Assembly: GCA_038321865.1 (NCBI GenBank)
Contig: JBBQFH010000049.1
Coordinates: 1 to 14,121, forward strand
DNA length: 14,121 nt
Direction of reading: 5' to 3'
Source of the DNA: Gemmatimonadales bacterium
GTDB lineage: Bacteria; Gemmatimonadota; Gemmatimonadetes; Gemmatimonadales; GWC2-71-9
In this document: positions 1-7,237 of the stretch, piece after piece
How the letters are laid out: each line of letters starts with the position of its first letter
How positions within the stretch are numbered: position 1 is the stretch's first letter
Position numbers and translations under genes: made by a program
Notes under the pieces: model-generated
Told to the model about the DNA's origin: nothing
What the model saw: only the letters and a program-made list of their open reading frames with translations
The model's database searches: none

Positions 1-1
1 G

Positions 2-2197
2 CAGGCCACGGCGGAGAAGGAGATTACCGCGCGGAGCGACGTCTACTCCCTCGGCAGCGTGCTCTATGAGATGCTCACCGGCAATCCGCCCCACACCGGT
101 GCGTCGGCCCAGCAGATCATCATGAAGATCGTGACCGAGGAGGCCGCGCCGGTCACCAAACTGCGCAAGGCCGTGCCACCGAATGTGGCCGCCGCCGTGG
201 CGAAGTCGCTGGAGAAGCTGCCGGCCGACCGGTTCGAGAGCGCCAGGGCATTTGGTGAGGCGCTGGTCAATCCGGGGTTCCGACACGGCACGGTGCTGCT
301 CACCGGCGTCCCGGGACGGCAGGGCGGTTCGCGCTGGCGCGACCCGTTCACGCTCGGTCTCGCGGCGTTCGCCGTGGCCGCCGCCGCCGTCGCGGCCTCG
401 GCGATGCTCCGTTCGACCTCGGCCGGCAATGGTTCGGTTGGACGATATGCCGTTGTTCTCGACAGCACGGCTCCACTCGTGTTCCGGGGCAACCTGGAAC
501 CCGGACGCCTGGCCCTGACGCCCGATGGGCAATCCCTCGTGTATGCCGGCTATCATCCCGTCGCGCAGAACCAGTCACCCGCCAGCGTGCTGTTCGTGCG
601 GCCACTCGGCAGCCTGGCTTCCCGGGTACTGCCGGGCACGGAGCGCGCCGTCCTGCCGGCGGTCTCATGGGACGGGTCGCTCGTGGCCTTCGAGACGGGA
701 GCGCAGGGCGGTATCAGCGCCGTCCCCCTCGGTGGCGGTCCCGCCATCTTCCTCACCGATTCGTCCGTTGCCAGTGGCCCCGCCTGGGGTCCCGACCGTT
801 TCGTGTATTTCCTCACCGAGTCCGGAGCGATCCGCCGGGTCTCGGGGAATGGGGGGCCCGTCGAGTCCGTGAGCCAACTGCCGCCGATTCCCGGCGGCGG
901 CACCTACGAGTGGCTCATGATCCTTCCGGATGGGCGGGGCGCCCTGGTGGGCCAGCGGGGATCAGAGCAGGCCGACGATGCCCGCTTCTCGCTGCGGACG
1001 GTGGATCTCGCGTCCGGTAAACTGGGCATCGCCCTGCCGGGCATCGCGGCCCGCTATGTGGCCGAGGCGAAGGCACTGGTCTACATCACGTTTGACGGGT
1101 CCCTGATGGCGGTGCGGTTCGATCCGGTTGCGCGCAAACTGCGGGGTCGTCCGCAGGCGATGGCCACCGGTGTGACCACGCGGGGAAGGGGGCAGACGGA
1201 CTTCGACCTCGCGGGCGGGAATCTCGCGTATGCCCTCGAGGGCACCAACGGCACCGAATACATCGCGTGGGTCAACCGCGCCGATGGCGGCATGGCCGCG
1301 GTCGACAGCGCCTGGCGCGACATCGAATTCGAGTCGTTTGCACTCTCGCCGGACGGAACGCGCCTGGCCATCTCGATCGACGGCGGCGGATTTGGCGGGA
1401 GTGTCCCCAGCAAGGCGCGGCAAGACATCTGGGTCAAGCAGCTGGATCACGGCCCCATTACGCGCATCACCTTCAACGGGGATGGCAACAGCGATCCTGC
1501 CTGGTCGGCAGACGGCCAGTTCCTGAGCTACGTCTCGATGCGGGGTGGGCGCCGCAGCTTGTGGCGGCGACGGGCCGACGGGGTCGGCGAGGAGCAGCCC
1601 GTCGCCTCGCTTCCCCGCGACATCATCGAGTCCCGGTGGTCGGGCGACGGCGCGTGGCTGGTGGCGAGCGTCGCCGGCGGGAGGTCCTGGGACATCCTGG
1701 CGATGCACCTCGGCGTCGACAGCACCTTGCGGCCACTCCTGGCCGCGGCGTACAACGAGTGGAAACCCGATCTCTCGCCGGACGGCAAGTGGCTGGCCTA
1801 CGTCTCCAATGAGTCGGGCGGCAGCCAGGTCTTCGTCCAGCCATTCCCCGACGTGCAGCAGGGGAAGTGGCAGATCTCCCTCGACGGCGGCACCGACCCT
1901 GTGTGGAGCGCCGACGGCAAGGAGCTCTACTTCCGTTCGGAAGACGGCAGCCAGATCTTTGCCGCCGACATGTCGCGCGGGCCGGGGCTGGCGGAGCGGC
2001 GGAAACTGTTCAAGGCACAGACGGTGAACAGCTTCGAGGTCAACCGGCAGGACCGGATGTTCAGCGTGTCACACGACGGCCAGCGGTTCCTGGTGTCGGC
2101 CAATCGGGACGAGGACCGATCCGGCAACCTCGTAATCGTGCAGAATTTTCTCACCGAGCTCAAGGCGGCGATGGCGGGAGACAGGCGGGCGCCATGA
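2..2197 (+). CDS. Receptor-like Ser/Thr protein kinase, copy 1 (5'-truncated by the window): kinase C-lobe, TM helix, TolB-like/PD40 beta-propeller ectodomain
   Basis: The frame is open from base 2 (QATAEKEITARSDVYSLGSVLYEMLTGNPPHTG...ADRFESA, kinase subdomains IX-XI), so the track start at 59 is internal. TM FTLGLAAFAVAAAAVAASAML lies at 347-409. PD40-like blades include ALTPDG, ALSPDGTRLAI, PAWSADG, PDLSPDGKWLAY and PVWSADGKELYF. Stop TGA 2195-2197. Confidence 0.93.
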   Translation, partial: QATAEKEITARSDVYSLGSVLYEMLTGNPPHTGASAQQIIMKIVTEEAAPVTKLRKAVPPNVAAAVAKSLEKLPADRFESARAFGEALVNPGFRHGTVLLTGVPGRQGGSRWRDPFTLGLAAFAVAAAAVAASAMLRSTSAGNGSVGRYAVVLDSTAPLVFRGNLEPGRLALTPDGQSLVYAGYHPVAQNQSPASVLFVRPLGSLASRVLPGTERAVLPAVSWDGSLVAFETGAQGGISAVPLGGGPAIFLTDSSVASGPAWGPDRFVYFLTESGAIRRVSGNGGPVESVSQLPPIPGGGTYEWLMILPDGRGALVGQRGSEQADDARFSLRTVDLASGKLGIALPGIAARYVAEAKALVYITFDGSLMAVRFDPVARKLRGRPQAMATGVTTRGRGQTDFDLAGGNLAYALEGTNGTEYIAWVNRADGGMAAVDSAWRDIEFESFALSPDGTRLAISIDGGGFGGSVPSKARQDIWVKQLDHGPITRITFNGDGNSDPAWSADGQFLSYVSMRGGRRSLWRRRADGVGEEQPVASLPRDIIESRWSGDGAWLVASVAGGRSWDILAMHLGVDSTLRPLLAAAYNEWKPDLSPDGKWLAYVSNESGGSQVFVQPFPDVQQGKWQISLDGGTDPVWSADGKELYFRSEDGSQIFAADMSRGPGLAERRKLFKAQTVNSFEVNRQDRMFSVSHDGQRFLVSANRDEDRSGNLVIVQNFLTELKAAMAGDRRAP
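104..144 (+). repeat. 41-bp exact direct repeat between copies 1 and 4 (partner 7901-7941)
   Basis: TCGGCCCAGCAGATCATCATGAAGATCGTGACCGAGGAGGC occurs at both positions and encodes SAQQIIMKIVTEEA. Confidence 0.85.
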
Positions 2198-4839
2198 ATA
2201 TCGACGGGCTCACGGCCGCCCTCGCCGACCGCTACCGCATCGAGCGCGAGCTCGGGCAGGGGGGCATGGCGACGGTCTACCTCGCGACCGACCTCCGCCA
2301 CGAGCGACAGGTCGCGATCAAGGTGCTCCGGCCCGATCTCTCCGCCTCGATCGGCAGCGACCGCTTCCTCCAGGAAATCCGGATCGCCGCACGCCTCAGT
2401 CATCCGCACATTCTTCCGCTGCATGACTCGGGCGAAGCGGCCGGTCTTCTCTTTTACGTGATGCCGTACGTCCCCGGCGAATCGCTGCGCCAGCGCATCG
2501 CGCGCGAGGGCGAGCTGCCGGTGCCGGACGCCGTGAGGATTCTCCGTGACGTGACGGATGCGCTCTCGTACGCCCACGAGCACGGCGTCGTCCATCGCGA
2601 CATCAAGCCCGAGAACATCCTCCTCAGCGGGCGGCACGCGCTCGTCGCCGACTTCGGCGTCGCCAAGGCGGTCAGCGAGGCCACCGGCCGGAGCCGGCTG
2701 ACGACCGCCGGCGTGGCGCTTGGGACGCCGTCCTACATGGCGCCCGAGCAGGCGGTCGCGGATCCGCATGTCGATCACCGGGCCGACATCTATGCGGTCG
2801 GCATCGTCGGCTATGAGATGATCGCCGGCGAGCCGCCATTCACCGGCAGCTCGCCACAGCAGATTCTCGCCGCGCAGGTGACCGAGGCGCCGAGGCCGGT
2901 GACGGCCCGGCGCCCCGCCGTCCCAACGTTGGTCGCCGACGCGGTCATGCGCTGCCTCGAGAAGAAACCCGCCGACCGCTGGCAGAGCGCCGGTGACCTG
3001 CTCGCACAGCTCGAGGCGGCACAAACGCCGACCGGCGGCAGCACGCCCACGGACACTCGGCCGATTGCCGCAACGCGCGCGCGCCGCTCCCCACGGCTCG
3101 TCGCCGGTGCGGCCGGCCTGCTGCTGGTGGCAGCCGCCCTCGTCGTCTGGCGCCGGAGCTCGTCGTCGCGCGCGCCAGCCGCGCCGGCGGTGTCCGTGCG
3201 TGATCGGACCCAGCTCACTTTCACCGGCCACGTGCAGTCGCCGGCGATCTCACCCGACGGCAAGCAGCTCGCCTACGTCACCAAGGAATGCGACGAGACC
3301 CGGTGCGCCTACGGGGTCGATGTGCAGGATGTGGGCGGGACCACCACGCGCCGTGTGCTCGCTGGAGCGGCCTCGGCGTACTTCGTGGAGTGGAGTCCCG
3401 ATCGTCGCAACCTGCTGGTGACGGGAACCATGTCCGGCCGGTGGGGCACGTGGCTGGTGTCGCTCGTCGGTGGGGCACCACGATGGGTGGGAACGGGCGG
3501 TGGTGTGTCCGGTGGCGGCGTCGCGTTCTTTGCCGGGGGCGACTCGCTCCTCGTCTCGCCTGGCATGGGCATCGACACGATTCAATATGTGCGGGTCGCC
3601 AGCCTGTCCGGCCTCGTGCGCGACAGCATCGCCGTGCGCAGCGCCGGCCTCCGGTTCGCCGGCGTCGGGGCGATTCCCGGCACCAGCTGGATCGAGGTGA
3701 CGTTCATCCGCACGGGAACGAACCGGGGCGAGCGGCGCATCATCGACCGCAACGGCCGTGAAACCGCTCGGGCGGCAATTCCACTCGGCGCAAGCCGAAA
3801 CAGCGCCGACGCGCTGTGGATTTCCGATGAAGGACCGGCGGATCAGTCGGTCATCACCCGGGTCGCGTTCGATCGTGCCCGCGGGGTGCTCGCGTCGCAG
3901 GTCGACACGGTGTACGTCGGCCGTTTCACCAGCTTCTCGGTGACCGAGGATGGCGCGGCGCTCGTGGTGGACGACGGCACCTATCAGCACAGCGTGTACG
4001 CGCTCAGCATCGCGGATGCGCTCGCCGGTCACTTTCCCGATCAGCGCCGCCTGCTGCAGGGGTCCACCAATGTTCGCGCCCTGATTTCACCCGAAGGCGG
4101 TCGTGTCCTGCTGGGACGCACGATCCCGACCACCAGCGGCCGCCCGGACTACCGGTGGACGCTCATGCCGTTCGACGGCGGGCCGGAATCTCCTCTCGCC
4201 GTGCCATCCAACACGCAATCGGCGTTCTGGGTCGATTCCGCGACCGTCGCCACCATCCGCGCCGAAGCGGGCCGGTCGACATTTGCCCTGGTCAACGCCG
4301 CCACCGGGGCCGCGCGGTTCGAGTTCTCCCCGCCGGACTCCACGGTATGGGACTTCGCGCCGCTGCGCGACGGGGGCTGGGCGTGGCTGACCGGGAACGG
4401 GTCGATCCAGGCCCGGGTCGGCGGGCGAACCGTCGCGCTGCCGAGGCCGGCGTGGTACGAGGTGATCATCGGCATGAGCACGTCGCCAGCCGGCCGGATC
4501 GCGTATCGCGGCTGGAACGCCGGCACCACCGATACGATGGGCGTGAGCGCGGTCTCGCCACCGGACACCGCTTCGGCGTCATGGTATTCGCAGTTCACGG
4601 ACGACGGACGCGTGCTCTCGCTCGATGACGGCACGATCCTGTTTCTGGCCTGGGAAACGGCAGAGAACGTGACGCTGGTCCACCTCTCTGCGCCGGGCAC
4701 GGCCCGGCGCCTCGGCACGATTCCGCGCCCGGTCGTCAGCGTTGGTGTCTCGTCCGATCTCAAGCGCGCCAGCGTCACGACCCGCGACTACTTCGGCGAT
4801 GCGTGGATGATGCGGGTCACCGGGCGGGCAGCGAAGTAG
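2194..4839 (+). CDS. Receptor-like Ser/Thr protein kinase, copy 2 (881 aa), divergent subfamily with a different beta-propeller ectodomain
   Basis: ATG 2194 overlaps the copy 1 stop (ATGA), and MNIDGLTAALADRY matches the paralog N-termini. Motifs: LGQGGMATV, VAIK, QEI, HRDIKPENILL, DFG, GTPSYMAPEQ, DIYAVG. TM LVAGAAGLLLVAAALVVW at 3097-3150. Blades SPAISPDGKQLAY and WSPDRRNLLV. Stop TAG. Confidence 0.93.
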   Translation: MNIDGLTAALADRYRIERELGQGGMATVYLATDLRHERQVAIKVLRPDLSASIGSDRFLQEIRIAARLSHPHILPLHDSGEAAGLLFYVMPYVPGESLRQRIAREGELPVPDAVRILRDVTDALSYAHEHGVVHRDIKPENILLSGRHALVADFGVAKAVSEATGRSRLTTAGVALGTPSYMAPEQAVADPHVDHRADIYAVGIVGYEMIAGEPPFTGSSPQQILAAQVTEAPRPVTARRPAVPTLVADAVMRCLEKKPADRWQSAGDLLAQLEAAQTPTGGSTPTDTRPIAATRARRSPRLVAGAAGLLLVAAALVVWRRSSSSRAPAAPAVSVRDRTQLTFTGHVQSPAISPDGKQLAYVTKECDETRCAYGVDVQDVGGTTTRRVLAGAASAYFVEWSPDRRNLLVTGTMSGRWGTWLVSLVGGAPRWVGTGGGVSGGGVAFFAGGDSLLVSPGMGIDTIQYVRVASLSGLVRDSIAVRSAGLRFAGVGAIPGTSWIEVTFIRTGTNRGERRIIDRNGRETARAAIPLGASRNSADALWISDEGPADQSVITRVAFDRARGVLASQVDTVYVGRFTSFSVTEDGAALVVDDGTYQHSVYALSIADALAGHFPDQRRLLQGSTNVRALISPEGGRVLLGRTIPTTSGRPDYRWTLMPFDGGPESPLAVPSNTQSAFWVDSATVATIRAEAGRSTFALVNAATGAARFEFSPPDSTVWDFAPLRDGGWAWLTGNGSIQARVGGRTVALPRPAWYEVIIGMSTSPAGRIAYRGWNAGTTDTMGVSAVSPPDTASASWYSQFTDDGRVLSLDDGTILFLAWETAENVTLVHLSAPGTARRLGTIPRPVVSVGVSSDLKRASVTTRDYFGDAWMMRVTGRAAK
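2217..2255 (+). repeat. 39-bp direct repeat at the 5' end of kinase genes (exact partner 9915-9953; one mismatch at 12572-12610)
   Basis: CGCCCTCGCCGACCGCTACCGCATCGAGCGCGAGCTCGG, encoding ALADRYRIERELG. Confidence 0.85.
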
Positions 4840-4859
4840 AGCGGGAGGCCAACTTCCGG

Positions 4860-4888
4860 TTGCTCCCCGCCGATCCGCACCGTACCTT
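4860..4888 (+). promoter_or_regulatory. Putative sigma70-type promoter upstream of copy 3
   Basis: TTGCTC (4860-4865), a 17-nt spacer, then TACCTT (4883-4888). It sits in the only real intergenic gap (4840-4914), 26 nt before ATG 4915. Pattern match only. Confidence 0.5.
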
Positions 4889-4914
4889 CTCCCCACCTCT
4901 CCCAATGGCCCCGC

Positions 4915-5742
4915 ATGCCCGCACCCGAACGGCTGACCCAGAGTCTCGCCGAGCGCTATCGCATCGAGCGCGAGCTGGGGCAGGGTGGGATGGCGACGGT
5001 GTACCTCGCCGCCGACCTGAAGCATGACCGCCATGTCGCGCTCAAGGTCCTCAAGCCCGAGCTGGCCGCCGTGCTCGGCGGCGAGCGGTTCGTCGTCGAG
5101 ATCAAGACGACGGCGGCCCTGCAGCATCCGCACATCCTCCCGCTGTTCGACTCCGGCGAAGCCGGCGGCTTCCTCTATTACGTGATGCCGTACATCGAAG
5201 GGGAGACCCTTCGCGACCGGCTCACGCGGGAAACCCAGCTCGCCGTGGACGACGCGGTGCGGATCGCCACGAATGTGGCCGACGCGCTCGACTACGCGCA
5301 CCGCCACGGCGTGATCCACCGCGACATCAAGCCCGAGAACATCCTGCTGCACGACGGCCGTCCGATGGTCGCCGACTTCGGCATCGCCCTGGCACTCAGT
5401 GCGGCGGCCGGCGGGCGCATGACCGAGACCGGCATGAGTCTCGGCACGCCGCACTATATGAGTCCCGAGCAGGCCACCGCCGACAAGGACATCACCAACC
5501 GCGCCGACATCTATTCGCTCGCCGCCGTCCGGGCGTTGCCCGTTATGGCCTCGCCTTTCCGGCCGGCCAGGAGCTGTTCGATGGCGCCTGGCGTACGTTT
5601 GCGCTGGCACCGGACGGCTCGTGGATTGTGTACGACGGTCCCGCGACGGCGGCCGACCACCAGCTCTGGATCAAGCGTCGCGACGCCTATCAGGCGACGC
5701 CGCTGTCGGGCACGGCGCACCGTGGCGCCAGCGCGCCGGTGA
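4915..5742 (+). CDS. N-terminal fragment of copy 3: Ser/Thr kinase subdomains I to the start of IX, with an out-of-frame tail
   Basis: MPAPERLTQSLAERYRIERELGQGGMATVY, VALK, HRDIKPENILL, DFG, GTPHYMSPEQ, DIYSL. Homology to the paralogs ends near 5530. Confidence 0.6.
   Translation: MPAPERLTQSLAERYRIERELGQGGMATVYLAADLKHDRHVALKVLKPELAAVLGGERFVVEIKTTAALQHPHILPLFDSGEAGGFLYYVMPYIEGETLRDRLTRETQLAVDDAVRIATNVADALDYAHRHGVIHRDIKPENILLHDGRPMVADFGIALALSAAAGGRMTETGMSLGTPHYMSPEQATADKDITNRADIYSLAAVRALPVMASPFRPARSCSMAPGVRLRWHRTARGLCTTVPRRRPTTSSGSSVATPIRRRRCRARRTVAPARR
5302..5360 (+). repeat. 59-bp exact direct repeat between kinase copies 3 and 4 (partner 7631-7689)
   Basis: CGCCACGGCGTGATCCACCGCGACATCAAGCCCGAGAACATCCTGCTGCACGACGGCCG occurs at both positions and encodes the catalytic loop region. 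Confidence 0.85.
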
Positions 5743-7235
5743 TTTCGCCGGACGGGAAGTGGATCGCCTTCAGCAGCAGCCGCCAGCTCCTGAAGATCGG
5801 CCGCGACGGCGGCTCGCCGATCAAGCTGGCGGATTCGCTTGGCGCCGGCAGCGCCGGCGCCGCGTGGCTCGATGACGGCACCATCGTCTATCGCGACGTG
5901 CACGACCGGTTGATGCGAGTCCCCGACACGGGAGGCGAAGCGACCGCGGCGTGGGCGCCGGGCACAAGTGGGATGCGCGCGTTCGCGCCTACGCCGTTGC
6001 CGGGTGCGCGGGGCGTTCTGGTGGTGCTCTGCAAGGATGCCGGATGCAGCCGCAGACCCATCGCGATGCTGGACTTCAAGTCCGGCCAGATGCACGAGCT
6101 GGTGCCGGACGCAGCGGAGGCCTGGTACGCACCGACCGGGCACCTGGTCTTCGTCCGCCGGGATGGTGGAGTGTTCGGCGCGCCGTTCGACGTCAAGCGG
6201 GAGCGGCTCACCGGGCCATCCGTCCCGCTGCTGGACGGTGTGCAGGTACGGGCGGTTCCTGCATTCGCCGTCTCGGCATCTGGATCGATGCTCATGATCG
6301 CCGGCCCGGCTGATGCCGCGACCGGAACTCTGGTTGAAGCGGTCTGGGTCACGCGCGACGGCAAGGTGACGCCGGTCGACACGGCATGGCAGTTTCGGAC
6401 CGGAGGCAACGCCGGACGCGCCTTGTCACCCGACGGACGGCGTCTCGCGCTCACGATCGCAGCAGAGGGTGGCAACGACATCTGGGTGAAAGACCTGGAC
6501 CATGGGCCGCTGTCGCGCCTGAGCAGCGATCCCGGACCCGAAATCCGCCCTCGCTGGACTCCGGACGGCCGCTCGGTACTCTATATATCGTCGTCCCAGA
6601 TGCTGCTCCGCCGCCGGGCGGACGGCACGCTTCCGCCGGACACGCTGCTCCGGCTGCCGGAACCGATCTTCGAGGCGCAATGGTCGCGCGACGGTGCGTG
6701 GATTGTGGTGCGAGTCGGCGGCCAGGATGGGACCCGGGACATCTGGGCCCGGCAGGTCGGGAAAGACAGCACGGCACGGCGGGTGCTCGCCTCGCCCGCC
6801 GACGAGAACGCGGTGGCGCTCTCGCCGGACAGCCGATGGATCGCCTACCAGTCGAACGAAACGGGCACGCCGGAGGTGTTCGTGCGGCCGTTTCCCGATG
6901 TCTCAGCAGGGAAGTGGACCGTGTCGCTCGGTGGCGGATCGGAGCCGATCTGGTCGCACAGCGGAAAGGAGCTGTTCTACATCGACGACCATCAAAACAT
7001 GGTCGCGGCCCGGGTGCGCAGCACCGGTTCGACTGCGTTCGAGGTGACCGAGCGGAAGGTGCTGTTCTCCACCGCTCCGTTCATGCTGACGGTGAACTAC
7101 AGCTCACACGATGTGACACCGGACGATCAGCGCTTTCTGATGGTTCGCCGCGCCGGCGTGACGGATTCGGTCCGCACGGCAATCGTGCTGACGGAGAACT
7201 GGTTCGAGGAGTTGCGGGCGCGGATGGGGAAGTAG
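5520..7235 (+). CDS. C-terminal fragment of copy 3: TolB-like/PD40 beta-propeller ectodomain with no native start (ORF track starts it at GTG 5628)
   Basis: Blades ISPDGKWIAF, ALSPDGRRLAL, PRWTPDGRSV, ALSPDSRWIAY and PIWSHSGKELFY. The C-terminal IVLTENWFEELR resembles the paralog ends. Homology extends upstream of 5628 to the junction. Confidence 0.55.
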   Translation, partial: RRRPGVARYGLAFPAGQELFDGAWRTFALAPDGSWIVYDGPATAADHQLWIKRRDAYQATPLSGTAHRGASAPVISPDGKWIAFSSSRQLLKIGRDGGSPIKLADSLGAGSAGAAWLDDGTIVYRDVHDRLMRVPDTGGEATAAWAPGTSGMRAFAPTPLPGARGVLVVLCKDAGCSRRPIAMLDFKSGQMHELVPDAAEAWYAPTGHLVFVRRDGGVFGAPFDVKRERLTGPSVPLLDGVQVRAVPAFAVSASGSMLMIAGPADAATGTLVEAVWVTRDGKVTPVDTAWQFRTGGNAGRALSPDGRRLALTIAAEGGNDIWVKDLDHGPLSRLSSDPGPEIRPRWTPDGRSVLYISSSQMLLRRRADGTLPPDTLLRLPEPIFEAQWSRDGAWIVVRVGGQDGTRDIWARQVGKDSTARRVLASPADENAVALSPDSRWIAYQSNETGTPEVFVRPFPDVSAGKWTVSLGGGSEPIWSHSGKELFYIDDHQNMVAARVRSTGSTAFEVTERKVLFSTAPFMLTVNYSSHDVTPDDQRFLMVRRAGVTDSVRTAIVLTENWFEELRARMGK

Positions 7236-7237
7236 GC

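Larger units (their letters stand above)
4915..7235 (+). pseudogene. Receptor-like Ser/Thr kinase, copy 3, disrupted by an internal deletion plus frameshift (real lesion or assembly artefact)
   Basis: The kinase frame is normal up to ...NRADIYSLAAV (~5529) and then turns to nonsense until TGA 5742. Another frame from ~5520 reads RRRPGVARYGLAFPAGQELFDGAWRTFALAPDGSWIVYDG..., the post-TM start of the ectodomain, and stays open to TAG 7235. The LYEMLTG...ADRF segment and the TM helix present in all paralogs are absent. Confidence 0.85.

Noticed and set aside
1867..2193. 109-aa N-terminal extension of the 990-aa ORF
   Set aside because: It overlaps the copy 1 coding region in another frame and has no recognisable homology. 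Paralog N-termini and the ATGA overlap place the start at 2194.
410..2197. Naming the genes tolB, pknB or a dipeptidyl peptidase
   Set aside because: PD40-like blades are shared across many families. There is no Tol-Pal context, no PASTA repeat and no peptidase domain, so no gene symbol is assigned.
4839..4865. Small hairpin after the copy 2 stop as an intrinsic terminator
   Set aside because: Short stem with a G-U pair and a bulge, and no U tract.
5511..5535. Programmed ribosomal frameshift joining the two halves of copy 3
   Set aside because: There is no slippery heptamer or homopolymer at the junction, and a recoded product would still lack the kinase C-lobe and the TM helix.
5569..5583. 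AGGAG followed 7 nt later by ATG 5581
   Set aside because: The ATG is in the nonsense frame, not the propeller frame; AGGAG comes from the CAG GAG codons of the ectodomain.
6386..7237. 284-aa N-terminal extension of the 1167-aa ORF
   Set aside because: An Arg/Gly/Ala-rich shadow frame over the copy 3 ectodomain; kinase homology begins only after 7238.
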